24,456 bases of DNA from Frankiaceae bacterium (GTDB lineage: Bacteria; Actinomycetota; Actinomycetes; JAFAQI01). Under the pieces are notes generated by a model that did not search any database, was not told the DNA's origin, and saw nothing but the letters and a program-made list of their open reading frames with translations. A program made the position numbers and the translations under genes. The stretch covers positions 1-24,456 of the forward strand of contig JAVEEE010000136.1 of assembly GCA_030840615.1 (NCBI GenBank). Reading direction: 5' to 3'. Shown here piece after piece: positions 8,224 to 15,854 of the stretch. Position 1 is the first letter of the stretch. Each line of letters opens with the position of its first letter.

Positions 8224-9080
8224 CCGCGGGCCGCCGAGAATGTGTCGCAGTCGTCGGGGTTGCCGGCGGCTGCGCCCCTGCGGAACCACGACATGCGCTC
8301 GGCTGAGCTTCCGTGCGTCCACGTCTCGGGGTTGACCCGCTGCCCTGCCTGCCGTTGCAACCGGTCATCGCCCACTGCCTTCGCTGCGTCGAGCGCTTCG
8401 TTGAAGTCGCTCGCGTCGAGCTGCGCCGACGTCTCGTGCGCCCACACGCCGGCAAAGCAGTCGGCCTGCAGCTCCAGAGACCGGGACAGGGTGTTGGCCT
8501 GGCCCGGACGGCGTTGCGCGTCCCGTGAGACACGGTCGGAGGTGCCGAGCAGGTCCTGCACGTGGTGGCCGAACTCGTGCGCCACCACGTATGCCTGGGC
8601 GAAGTCGCCCGGAGCACCGAAGCGGCTCCTCAGCTCCTGGAAGAAGCCCAGGTCCAGGTAGACCTTGCCGTCCGCTGGACAGTAGAACGGGCCGGTCGCC
8701 ACCGACGCCTCACCACACCCGCTCGACGTCGAGTCGGTGAACAGGACGAGCTTCGTCGTCCGGTATTGCTGGTTCCCGTCCGCGAAGATGGTCGCCCACG
8801 TCTCCTGCACGTCGTTGACGACGGCAGCCACGAAGCAGGCGTTGTTCGTGTCCGCCTCCTTCGGGCAGCTGAGCGGTTGCGCGTCCTGCGTCGCACTCGA
8901 GGGGGCCTGCAGCTGCCGCAGGGCGTCAGCCGCGCCACTGCCGCCACCGCCCGCCAGGGCGTAGATGACGACGATGACCAGCCCGACGATGCCGACCCCG
9001 CCACCACCGACGGCCACGCCCCGGCGGGACCCCCTCCGGTCTTCGACCTGTGCTGTGTTCACCCGTCCGCGCAACCGCAT
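8220..9080 (-). CDS. Neutral zinc metallopeptidase (YpfJ/KPN_02809 family)
   Basis: N-terminal VEDRRG followed by a TM helix, GPFYCPADGKVYLD, HEFGH zinc motif, ELQADCFAG and THGSSAER. Confidence 0.93.
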   Translation of the reverse strand: MRLRGRVNTAQVEDRRGSRRGVAVGGGGVGIVGLVIVVIYALAGGGGSGAADALRQLQAPSSATQDAQPLSCPKEADTNNACFVAAVVNDVQETWATIFADGNQQYRTTKLVLFTDSTSSGCGEASVATGPFYCPADGKVYLDLGFFQELRSRFGAPGDFAQAYVVAHEFGHHVQDLLGTSDRVSRDAQRRPGQANTLSRSLELQADCFAGVWAHETSAQLDASDFNEALDAAKAVGDDRLQRQAGQRVNPETWTHGSSAERMSWFRRGAAAGNPDDCDTFSAARG

Positions 9081-9125
9081 GGACCGGCTCTACCCGAAGA
9101 CTTTGATGCAACCTGACGACGCGCC

Positions 9126-9167
9126 GAAAATAAATACGTTGCCCGCACGGAGAGGCCGCGCTATCGT
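9126..9167 (+). promoter_or_regulatory. WhiB7-type autoregulated promoter: A-tract + -35 TTGCCC + 17 nt + -10 TATCGT
   Basis: GAAAATAAATA at 9126-9136 directly precedes TTGCCC (9139-9144). TATCGT lies at 9162-9167 after an exact 17-nt spacer. This fits the known AT-hook binding arrangement. Confidence 0.85.
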
Positions 9168-9204
9168 CGCCGGGAACGTTGTCCAGCGTGTGAGGAGGTG
9201 CCCG

Positions 9205-9384
9205 GTGCTTAACAACACTGAGGCCGTCACGCGCTTTCGCATGCCCGCGTTCGACGCCACGCGCACGCCCGCCGTCGGGTCTCTCCTGATGGCGCACATG
9301 GCTGCTGTGTCGGCGTACACGCCGTCCATCGACGCGCGCAATGACGCCCAGGGTGGCGCTGATGCCTGGAGACCACCGGTCTGA
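9205..9384 (+). CDS. whiB7/wblC leader peptide (uORF, 59 aa, ends in WRPPV)
   Basis: GAGGAGG at 9192-9198 precedes GTG 9205. The ORF ends 20 nt before the attenuator hairpin. Its position matches known whiB7 leader uORFs. Confidence 0.8.
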   Translation: MLNNTEAVTRFRMPAFDATRTPAVGSLLMAHMAAVSAYTPSIDARNDAQGGADAWRPPV

Positions 9385-9404
9385 CACGACGACCGGCGAA
9401 CTCC

Positions 9405-9443
9405 AGGCCGCGGCACCCGAAAGGGTCCGCGGCCTTTCTGTTT
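9405..9443 (+). terminator. Intrinsic terminator (attenuator) in the whiB7 leader
   Basis: Stem AGGCCGCGG(c)ACCC-GAAA-GGGT CCGCGGCCT (13 bp, one bulge, GNRA loop), followed by TTCTGTTT. Confidence 0.88.
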
Positions 9444-9508
9444 CCCGGAAACCGACAACCCGACTCCGGTCCGCCGGAGGAGGCGAGCCCCACAAGGAGG
9501 TGGAGCCG

Positions 9509-9781
9509 ATGTCCCTCACCGCCGTGGTCGACGCAGTTCTGGAGCAGGCGCTGCCCTGCCACCTGGTCGACCCCGACCTGTTCTTCGCCGAGGCCCCGGC
9601 CGACGTCGAGCGCGCGAAGGCGCTTTGCGTCGACTGCCCGGTTCGCACCACCTGTCTCGCCGGCGCCCTTTCGCGTCGCGAGCCGTGGGGCGTCTGGGGT
9701 GGGCAGCTGGTGATGCAGGGCGTCGTCGTGCCGCGCAAGCGGCCCCGCGGCCGCCCGCGCAAGAACGAGGTCGCCGCATGA
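9509..9781 (+). CDS. whiB7: WhiB7/WblC Fe-S transcription factor (intrinsic antibiotic resistance regulator)
   Basis: Four Cys (C...CVDC-x5-C), WGVWGG turn, C-terminal AT-hook KRPRGRPRK, and an AAGGAGG RBS; lies downstream of uvrD2. Confidence 0.93.
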   Translation: MSLTAVVDAVLEQALPCHLVDPDLFFAEAPADVERAKALCVDCPVRTTCLAGALSRREPWGVWGGQLVMQGVVVPRKRPRGRPRKNEVAA

Positions 9782-10026
9782 TCGCGGCCCCTTTCACCGG
9801 GGTCGCACCTTCCACTGCCAACGATCGTCCGTCAGGAGAACTCGTCATGTATCTGCTCAACGAAACGCTCGCACTCGAGCGAATGACCGACCGGCGCCAG
9901 CGCGCCGTCGCCGAGGAGAGGCTGCGGCAAGTGACCGACGCGCGGCGGCTCGCAACCGCTCGCCGGCTCCAACGCCGGGCCAACTCGGCATCCCGCCGGG
10001 CTCGCGCTCTGATCCTGAGCGTGTGA
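9778..10026 (+). CDS. Small Arg/Ala-rich helical protein co-transcribed with whiB7 (alternative start 9847)
   Basis: ATGA overlap with the whiB7 stop. A second RBS, AGGAG, precedes ATG 9847 (MYLLNETLALERM). A strong hairpin follows the ORF. Confidence 0.7.
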   Translation: MIAAPFTGVAPSTANDRPSGELVMYLLNETLALERMTDRRQRAVAEERLRQVTDARRLATARRLQRRANSASRRARALILSV

Positions 10027-10032
10027 CCGGCA

Positions 10033-10074
10033 CGAAAGGCCCCGCGGAGACAACCTGCTCCGCGGGGCCTTTCG
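10033..10074 (+). terminator. Perfect 17-bp hairpin terminator closing the whiB7 operon
   Basis: CGAAAGGCCCCGCGGAG (10033-10049) and CTCCGCGGGGCCTTTCG (10058-10074) with an 8-nt loop. Confidence 0.85.
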
Positions 10075-10118
10075 CTGTGCGGGCTAGTGGGAGGGAGATC
10101 GCTCGTTAGTGTTCGGTC

Positions 10119-11561
10119 ATGACGACCGTGTCGCCGGTGGAGCTCCGCTCGCGCGCGGTCGACGTGCTGTGCGACCCCGCACTTGCCGAGGTAGTCGACC
10201 TCGTCGCGTGGCAAGAAGGCGACGCAGTGCTCGTCGCCAACGCCGACGGTTCCGCCCGGCTGACCGCTGCCGGGACCGAGGTGCTGGCCGGGCGCGACCC
10301 GGTCGCGGACCAAGATCCATTGGCGTTCTCGTCGTTGGCGGAAGAGCTGGCCGACCGCTCGCCGCCGAACGCCCGCAACTCCTATCCCGATGCTCATGCG
10401 CGGCTGGCTTCGCTGTTCGCCGCGGATGCCGCCCCCGACCTGGCCGTCGTGCACACCGGCCGGCATTACTGGCCCGACCAGGGCGGCCACGACGGCGAGC
10501 ACGGGTCGTTGTCGGTCGTGCAGTCGCGCGCCCCGCTGCTGCTCTCCGGTGCCGGCGTCACGGAGCGCGGCGTCCTCCAGGCATCGGCACGGGTCGTCGA
10601 CATCGGCCCGACGCTCGCCTGGCTGGCAGGAGTGCCGCTGTCCGCGCTCGGCGGGCTCGACGGGCGGGTTCTCGTCGATGTCCTCGTGCCGGACAGCCGG
10701 CACGTCGTCGGGCTGTTGTGGGACGGCTGCAACTCCAACTCGCTCTACGCCTTGGCCCGGGCCGGCGAGCTGCCCAACGTGGCGCGGCTGCTGGCGCGGG
10801 GATGTGCGTTCAGCGGCGGCGCGATCGCGGAGTTCCCCAGCGTCACACTCGTCAACCACACGTCGGCGCTGACCGGGGTAGGGCCTGGCCGGCACGGCAT
10901 CGTCAACAACGCCTACTTCGACCGTGGTGCCGCCGCCCAGCGGTTGACCAACGACGCGCGGACCTGGCACCGGTGGGCCGAGTGGCTCGCGCCCGGCGTA
11001 CAGACTGTGTTCGAACGTGTCGACGCACCGACCGCATGTGTGAACGAGCCGGCGGACAGCGGTGCGGACTACTCGACGTTCGACCTCGTGCGCGGCGGCG
11101 GGTCGAGAGACGGTGCCGCGTCGATGGACGACATGCTGCCCGACCCGCGGAAGGACCCGCACGCGACACGGGACTACGTCGAAGCGCGCAAGGACTACGC
11201 GTGGTCGTCGTCGGTCGACGCGATCGGGCTCGAGCAGATGCTCTCGCTGTGGCCGTCGGCCCGCGAGGCGCCGCGGCTGACGTGGTGGAACACGCTGCTC
11301 ACCGACACCGGTCATCACGCCGGCGGGCCGCACTCGGCGATCGCGCACGCCGCTATGCGGGATGCCGACAACCGGTTGGGCGTGTTCCTTGATCACGCCG
11401 AGCGCATCGGTGCGCTCGACGAGATGACGATCGTGTTGACGAGTGATCATGGGTCAGAAGGCGCGGACCCGACCTGCGTCGGCGACTGGGACGAGCCGCT
11501 GCGTGACGCAGGCATCACGTTCCGCGACGAGGCCTACGGCTTCCTCTACCTGAACTGTTGA
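10119..11561 (+). CDS. Alkaline phosphatase superfamily nucleotide pyrophosphatase/phosphodiesterase, apparently circularly permuted
   Basis: Motifs LWDG, FPSVTLVNH, TDTGHH, TSDHG and GEHGSL are all present but in permuted order. TAGTGT lies 6 nt before the ATG. Confidence 0.88.
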   Translation: MTTVSPVELRSRAVDVLCDPALAEVVDLVAWQEGDAVLVANADGSARLTAAGTEVLAGRDPVADQDPLAFSSLAEELADRSPPNARNSYPDAHARLASLFAADAAPDLAVVHTGRHYWPDQGGHDGEHGSLSVVQSRAPLLLSGAGVTERGVLQASARVVDIGPTLAWLAGVPLSALGGLDGRVLVDVLVPDSRHVVGLLWDGCNSNSLYALARAGELPNVARLLARGCAFSGGAIAEFPSVTLVNHTSALTGVGPGRHGIVNNAYFDRGAAAQRLTNDARTWHRWAEWLAPGVQTVFERVDAPTACVNEPADSGADYSTFDLVRGGGSRDGAASMDDMLPDPRKDPHATRDYVEARKDYAWSSSVDAIGLEQMLSLWPSAREAPRLTWWNTLLTDTGHHAGGPHSAIAHAAMRDADNRLGVFLDHAERIGALDEMTIVLTSDHGSEGADPTCVGDWDEPLRDAGITFRDEAYGFLYLNC

Positions 11562-11646
11562 GTGCGGGGCCCCCACGACCCGGTTGAACTCGATGGGTTG
11601 AGGAACCTTCCTTGCGCCCGAGGGCGCGGGTCGGCAGGTTTGCCGC

Positions 11647-12471
11647 ATGCGCTCCCAGCAGCTGGTCATCCGGCTTCAGGCTGTCGTCACGGCTGCGGTG
11701 CTCTGCGCCGGCGTCGTCGCCACCGTCACCCACGACAACAGCACCCGGGGCGTACCCGTCGCCGGCGGGCAGGTGCTGCGACTCGTCCAGCGGGCTCCGC
11801 TGCAGATCGACCAAGCCGCGTCGGTTCGGATGGACATGAGCCTGCACATCTCCGGCGACGGCGTTGACGGGAGCGTGCACGTCGAGGCCGAGTTCGACCC
11901 GCAGAGCAAGGTGGGCGAGGGCAGCGCAGATGCGGCCGGCCACACGCTTCGCTACATGCAGTCCGCAGACACGCTGTACGCGCCCATCGCCGAGGGCCAG
12001 ACGCTGATCTACTCGGGCAAGCACTACGTGGGTCTGACGATCAGCGGCGGCCAGTCCGACCAGCTCACCGGCTCGGACGGTCTGGGATATCTCCAGCTGC
12101 TCGCCGGCGCCGGCGGCCAAGTGCTCCGCTACGAGACGTCGACGATCGACGGCGTCCATGTGACGCGGTACCACGTGAACGTCGACGTGGCAGCGGCACT
12201 CGCGCGTACGCCGGAACAGCTGCGGAGCACGTATGCAGACCAGCTGTCCACGCTCGGCCTCACGACAATTCCCTTGGACGTCTGGCTTGATGACCAGGGC
12301 TCGCCGCGACAACTGAAGCTGAGTCTCACGGCGCAGGGGACGACGGCCGAGATCCTCATCCATCTGACCCCGTCCGACAAGCCGGTCCACGTCGAGCTGC
12401 CGTCCGCCGACGACGTCTACATGGCGAGCAGCGCCCAGGAGTTCGCCGCCATCGCCTACGGCGTCAACTAA
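11647..12471 (+). CDS. Membrane-anchored/secreted protein, LppX/LprAFG-like beta-sheet fold (tentative)
   Basis: N-terminal hydrophobic helix. Patterns ETSTIDGVHVTRYHVNVD and IPLDVWLDDQGSPRQL resemble LolA/LppX-like actinobacterial proteins. Confidence 0.6.
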   Translation: MRSQQLVIRLQAVVTAAVLCAGVVATVTHDNSTRGVPVAGGQVLRLVQRAPLQIDQAASVRMDMSLHISGDGVDGSVHVEAEFDPQSKVGEGSADAAGHTLRYMQSADTLYAPIAEGQTLIYSGKHYVGLTISGGQSDQLTGSDGLGYLQLLAGAGGQVLRYETSTIDGVHVTRYHVNVDVAAALARTPEQLRSTYADQLSTLGLTTIPLDVWLDDQGSPRQLKLSLTAQGTTAEILIHLTPSDKPVHVELPSADDVYMASSAQEFAAIAYGVN

Positions 12472-12709
12472 ACCGCCTCAGCCGGCTTGGCGGCCCAACA
12501 CCCGCCGCTGACGTGGAACGCGGCGTTCAGCCGGACTTGTTCTGCTGTTCTTGATCGTCGCCGAGACTCGCCACATCCAATTCTGTCGAGCCGGTGCTTT
12601 CCTCCGCCACCTGTGCAAGGGTGAGGCCGCTGGCGTGCCGGGACCGGTCCGGACCTCGTGCTTACTTGGCCGCTGTCTTACGACCGAGCGCGAACGACGA
12701 CGAGGACGC

Positions 12710-13048
12710 ATGATTTTTCCACCCAATCCGCTCGACGGTTCTGCGACGTATCGCCGTCGCGCCCGACGCTTCGTCGCCTTCGCCTTCCTTGTCGCGGTTT
12801 GCTTCGCAGCGACGGGCGGCGTCGCCGCGCTGCCTGCCGCGCATGCAGCCCAGGCCCAGGTTCAGGACAAGTCCGGGGCGGGCGCTCCAGCCGGCGAAGA
12901 TCCGGCTGAACGCGACGCCGTCAACGGCAAGCTCGGCTATCACGAGAACCGCAACTATCCCTACGGCCTGATCGGCTTCCTGCTGGTGCTGACGCCCGTC
13001 GTTCTCATTGCTGCGCGGCGCTGGAAGTCTACGGAGGGAGACGCGTGA
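12710..13048 (+). CDS. Small secreted protein with C-terminal TM anchor (112 aa)
   Basis: GAGGA RBS. Basic n-region, hydrophobic core and AHA/AQA cleavage-like site, then YPYGLIGFLLVLTPVVLIA followed by RRWK. GTGA overlap with the next gene. Confidence 0.7.
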   Translation: MIFPPNPLDGSATYRRRARRFVAFAFLVAVCFAATGGVAALPAAHAAQAQVQDKSGAGAPAGEDPAERDAVNGKLGYHENRNYPYGLIGFLLVLTPVVLIAARRWKSTEGDA

Positions 13049-14208
13049 CGACACTCGCTCCCGAGGAGATCACCCTGCGCAGCGCTCTTCACCCCGCTGC
13101 AGCCACCCGCGCCATGGTCACGTCGGCGGATCGGCCGCGGCTCACCTGGCACCAGGACGTCCTCACCTGCCTGCTGTGCACCTGGCTGATGATGGGCCTC
13201 TTCATGGACGCCTGGGCGCACACCAACCAGACAACCCTCGACTCCATCGCGACGCCGTGGCATGGCCTGTTCTACGGCAGCTTCCTGGCTCTCGCGTCGT
13301 GGATCCTCTGGCACCTGCGCTGGCATCACGACGCTGGTCACCGCGGCCTCGCGGCCATCCCGGTCGGTTACGGCGGCGCGGTGCTCGGTCTCATGATCTT
13401 CAGCGTCGGGGCGATCGGTGACCAGGTCTGGCATCTCACCCTCGGCATCGAGCGCGATCTGAAGGCGTTTCTCAGCCCGACGCACCTGCTGCTGATCATC
13501 GGCATGTTGCTGATGGTCAGCGCTCCACTGCGGTCGCAGTGGTCGCGTCCCGGCCCGATGGCCCCGACGTTCCGGCAGTTCCTGCCGGCGATCTGGTCGC
13601 TGACGTTGACGATGATGCTCACCGGCATCGCCTACAACTACGCCTACATCTACCCGAGCGGTCTGGTGACGATCGGCCAGAAGGGGTTCGTGCAGGGCTT
13701 CCCCGGTCAGACGTCGATCCCGCTGCTCAATGTCTTCTCGGCCAGGTTCGAGGTGCAGGGCCTGCTGATGATGCACATGACGACGTTCATCCTTGTGCTG
13801 CCCATCCTCGTCGCGTTGCGGCGATGGCGTCGACTGCCCTTCGGCAGCATCACGCTGCTCGTCACCACGGTGACCGGCGCGGTGCTGGAGATCTTCCAGT
13901 ACTCCTTCGGCTGGACCCTGCTGGCGGCCGTCATCGGCGGACTCGCCATGGACCTGTTGGCCCGGGCGTTGAAGCCCAACACCTCATCCGTCTGGGCATT
14001 CCGGACGTTCGCCCTGCTGGCGCCGATGGTGCTGTGGATCCCCTACTTCGTCGTCATCGCGATCGCCTATCACGTGGGATGGCCGCTCGAGCTGAGCACG
14101 GGAAGCACGGTGCTGACCGGCTTCGCGACGTTGGCGATGAGCTTCCTGGTCGCGCCGTCGCCGATCCCGCCCTACACCGACAGCGCAGTCAGCGAGGCCA
14201 CGGCATGA
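13045..14208 (+). CDS. Polytopic membrane protein with two D-x3-H...P-x-H putative metal-binding motifs
   Basis: 387 aa with roughly 9-10 hydrophobic segments; motifs DAWAH...TPWH and DQVWH...SPTH. Confidence 0.8.
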   Translation: MTTLAPEEITLRSALHPAAATRAMVTSADRPRLTWHQDVLTCLLCTWLMMGLFMDAWAHTNQTTLDSIATPWHGLFYGSFLALASWILWHLRWHHDAGHRGLAAIPVGYGGAVLGLMIFSVGAIGDQVWHLTLGIERDLKAFLSPTHLLLIIGMLLMVSAPLRSQWSRPGPMAPTFRQFLPAIWSLTLTMMLTGIAYNYAYIYPSGLVTIGQKGFVQGFPGQTSIPLLNVFSARFEVQGLLMMHMTTFILVLPILVALRRWRRLPFGSITLLVTTVTGAVLEIFQYSFGWTLLAAVIGGLAMDLLARALKPNTSSVWAFRTFALLAPMVLWIPYFVVIAIAYHVGWPLELSTGSTVLTGFATLAMSFLVAPSPIPPYTDSAVSEATA

Positions 14209-14381
14209 ACATCGGCTGGCAGGGCCTGGCGATCTTCGCGGTCGCGCTGCTGCTCGTGTTCGGTTTCACGCGATGGGGCGAGATCGTTCGCTCGTTGCAC
14301 CGTGCCCAGAAGGAGTTCCGCGGCCACGCCCGCACGGCGGCCCCCGCACGCGAGCATCCGGAGGACGTCGGTCATACCTGA
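14205..14381 (+). CDS. TatA/E-like twin-arginine translocase subunit (58 aa)
   Basis: IGWQGLAIFAVALLLVFG TM helix with the FG hinge, followed by an amphipathic helix ending in KEFR. ATGA overlap with the upstream gene. Confidence 0.65.
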   Translation: MNIGWQGLAIFAVALLLVFGFTRWGEIVRSLHRAQKEFRGHARTAAPAREHPEDVGHT

Positions 14382-14435
14382 TCCTCAGCTGACCCGATCG
14401 GAACCACAGATGTGCCGATGGAATGAAGGAGTGAC

Positions 14436-15854
14436 ATGACCGAAACCGTGACCGTGCCACCGGTCGAGCAACAGAGCATCTCGACCGATGCCGCTCGCCT
14501 GCTTGCTACGACGACCAAGTCCGTCCCGCAGAACGTCGGCAACAGTCCGCGATGGTTGCTGTCGCTGCTGCCGTGGATGGCGCTGGACGCAGGGACGTTC
14601 CGGGTCAACCGGCGCAAGGTCATCGCGCCGCCTCCGCGCCGGGTGCACGCCACGGTCTCGGGTGCGAGCGCGACCGTCGATCCGGCCCAGCTGAAGGCTG
14701 TTCCGATCTTCCGTGGCCTGCCCGACGACGCGCTTGCGGCGATCGCATCGCGGCTGACCGTCGAGCAGCACGCTGCGGGTGACACGGTTCAGCAGGAAGG
14801 TGCGCCGAGCCGCTTCGTCATCGTGGCAGACGGCAAGGTGGAGGCCGTCGGCAGCGACCCGCACGGCCTCGACATCCGACTGGCCCTGCTCGGTGCCGGC
14901 ACCTACATCGGTCAGGAGGCGTTGGTCCGCAGCGACACGCCATCGGCGGCCACCGTCCGTGCCTCGACGCCCACAACACTGCTCGTCCTCACTCGTGAGA
15001 GCTGGGACGCGATCGCGAGCAACGGGGTCGGCGTCGCCGACGCGATGGCCGAGATGGCGATGGTCACGGACATGGCCAACCAGTTCGGTGAGCGTGAGAT
15101 CGAATTGCAGTCCGGACACGAGGGCGAGGTGGAGATCCCCGACACCTTCGTCGACTACGAGGACGACCCGCGCGAGATCGGGCTCAACATCGTGCAGACG
15201 GTGCTCCGGGTGCACACCCGTGTCACCGACCTCTACAACTCCCCCCACGACCAGCTCAACCAGCAGCTTCGACTGACCGTCGAGGCGATGAAGGAACGCC
15301 AGGAGTGGGACCTCATCAACCACCCCGAGACCGGGTTGATCGGCCAGACGGCGCCGAGCATGCGGCTCAAGGCACGGCGCGGTGCGCCCACGCCGGACGA
15401 CATGGATGAGCTGCTGACTCTGGTCTGGAAGCAGCCCGCGTTCTTCCTCGCCCATCCTCGCGCCATCGCCGCGTTCGGTCGCGAATGCACGCGACGGGGT
15501 GTGCCACCGCCCACGGTGCAGATGTTCGGCTCACCGTTCCTGACCTGGCGCGGGGTGCCCCTCGTCCCGTCGGACAAGATCGGGTTGCGGGCCGGCTCCA
15601 ACAGTGGCGGGCGAACCAGCATCCTGCTGATGCGCGTTGGTGCGGAGCGCCAAGGGGTTGTCGGGCTGCATCAACCCGGGCTGCAGGACGAGATGCCCGG
15701 TAGCCCGAGCCTGTCGGTGCGGTTCATGGGCATCAACCAGACCGCCGTGTCGTCGTACCTGCTGACGCTGTACTCGTCCGTGGCTGTCATGACGGACGAC
15801 GCTCTCGGTGTCCTCGAGGACGTCGAGGTCGGTCGCTACCATGAGTACGAGTAA
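14436..15854 (+). CDS. Family 2B encapsulin shell protein with cNMP-binding-domain insertion
   Basis: Family 2 (SrpI/MMP-I) motifs LATTTKSVPQ, SPRWLLSLLPW, RVNRR, SGHEGE, VLRVHTRVTDLYNSPHDQ, GAPTPDDMDELL, WRGVPLVPSDK and VEVGRYHEY. An inserted CBD runs from AVPIFRGL to LLVLTRESW. AAGGAG RBS. Confidence 0.95.
   Translation: MTETVTVPPVEQQSISTDAARLLATTTKSVPQNVGNSPRWLLSLLPWMALDAGTFRVNRRKVIAPPPRRVHATVSGASATVDPAQLKAVPIFRGLPDDALAAIASRLTVEQHAAGDTVQQEGAPSRFVIVADGKVEAVGSDPHGLDIRLALLGAGTYIGQEALVRSDTPSAATVRASTPTTLLVLTRESWDAIASNGVGVADAMAEMAMVTDMANQFGEREIELQSGHEGEVEIPDTFVDYEDDPREIGLNIVQTVLRVHTRVTDLYNSPHDQLNQQLRLTVEAMKERQEWDLINHPETGLIGQTAPSMRLKARRGAPTPDDMDELLTLVWKQPAFFLAHPRAIAAFGRECTRRGVPPPTVQMFGSPFLTWRGVPLVPSDKIGLRAGSNSGGRTSILLMRVGAERQGVVGLHQPGLQDEMPGSPSLSVRFMGINQTAVSSYLLTLYSSVAVMTDDALGVLEDVEVGRYHEYE

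Noticed and set aside
8965-9204. Longer 139-aa version of the whiB7 uORF
   Set aside because: Its start lies inside the divergent peptidase gene and upstream of the promoter. The RBS supports GTG 9205.
9516-11450. 644-aa minus-strand ORF
   Set aside because: Antisense shadow of whiB7 and the phosphodiesterase. It is Arg/Pro-rich with no motifs, as expected in high-GC DNA.
12505-12545. GGAAC...GTT as a SigH/SigR promoter for the cluster
   Set aside because: The spacer is 19 nt rather than 18, and the site is far from the start codon.
12472-12709. Possible SAM-I/SAM-IV riboswitch upstream of the sulfur-related cluster
   Set aside because: I could not find the core elements (AUC..GAG, GGCAACC) by eye. 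An Infernal/Rfam scan would be decisive.
12740-12790. Twin-arginine signal in the small protein (RRRARRFV)
   Set aside because: It does not fit the S/T-R-R-x-F-L consensus and could be an ordinary basic n-region.
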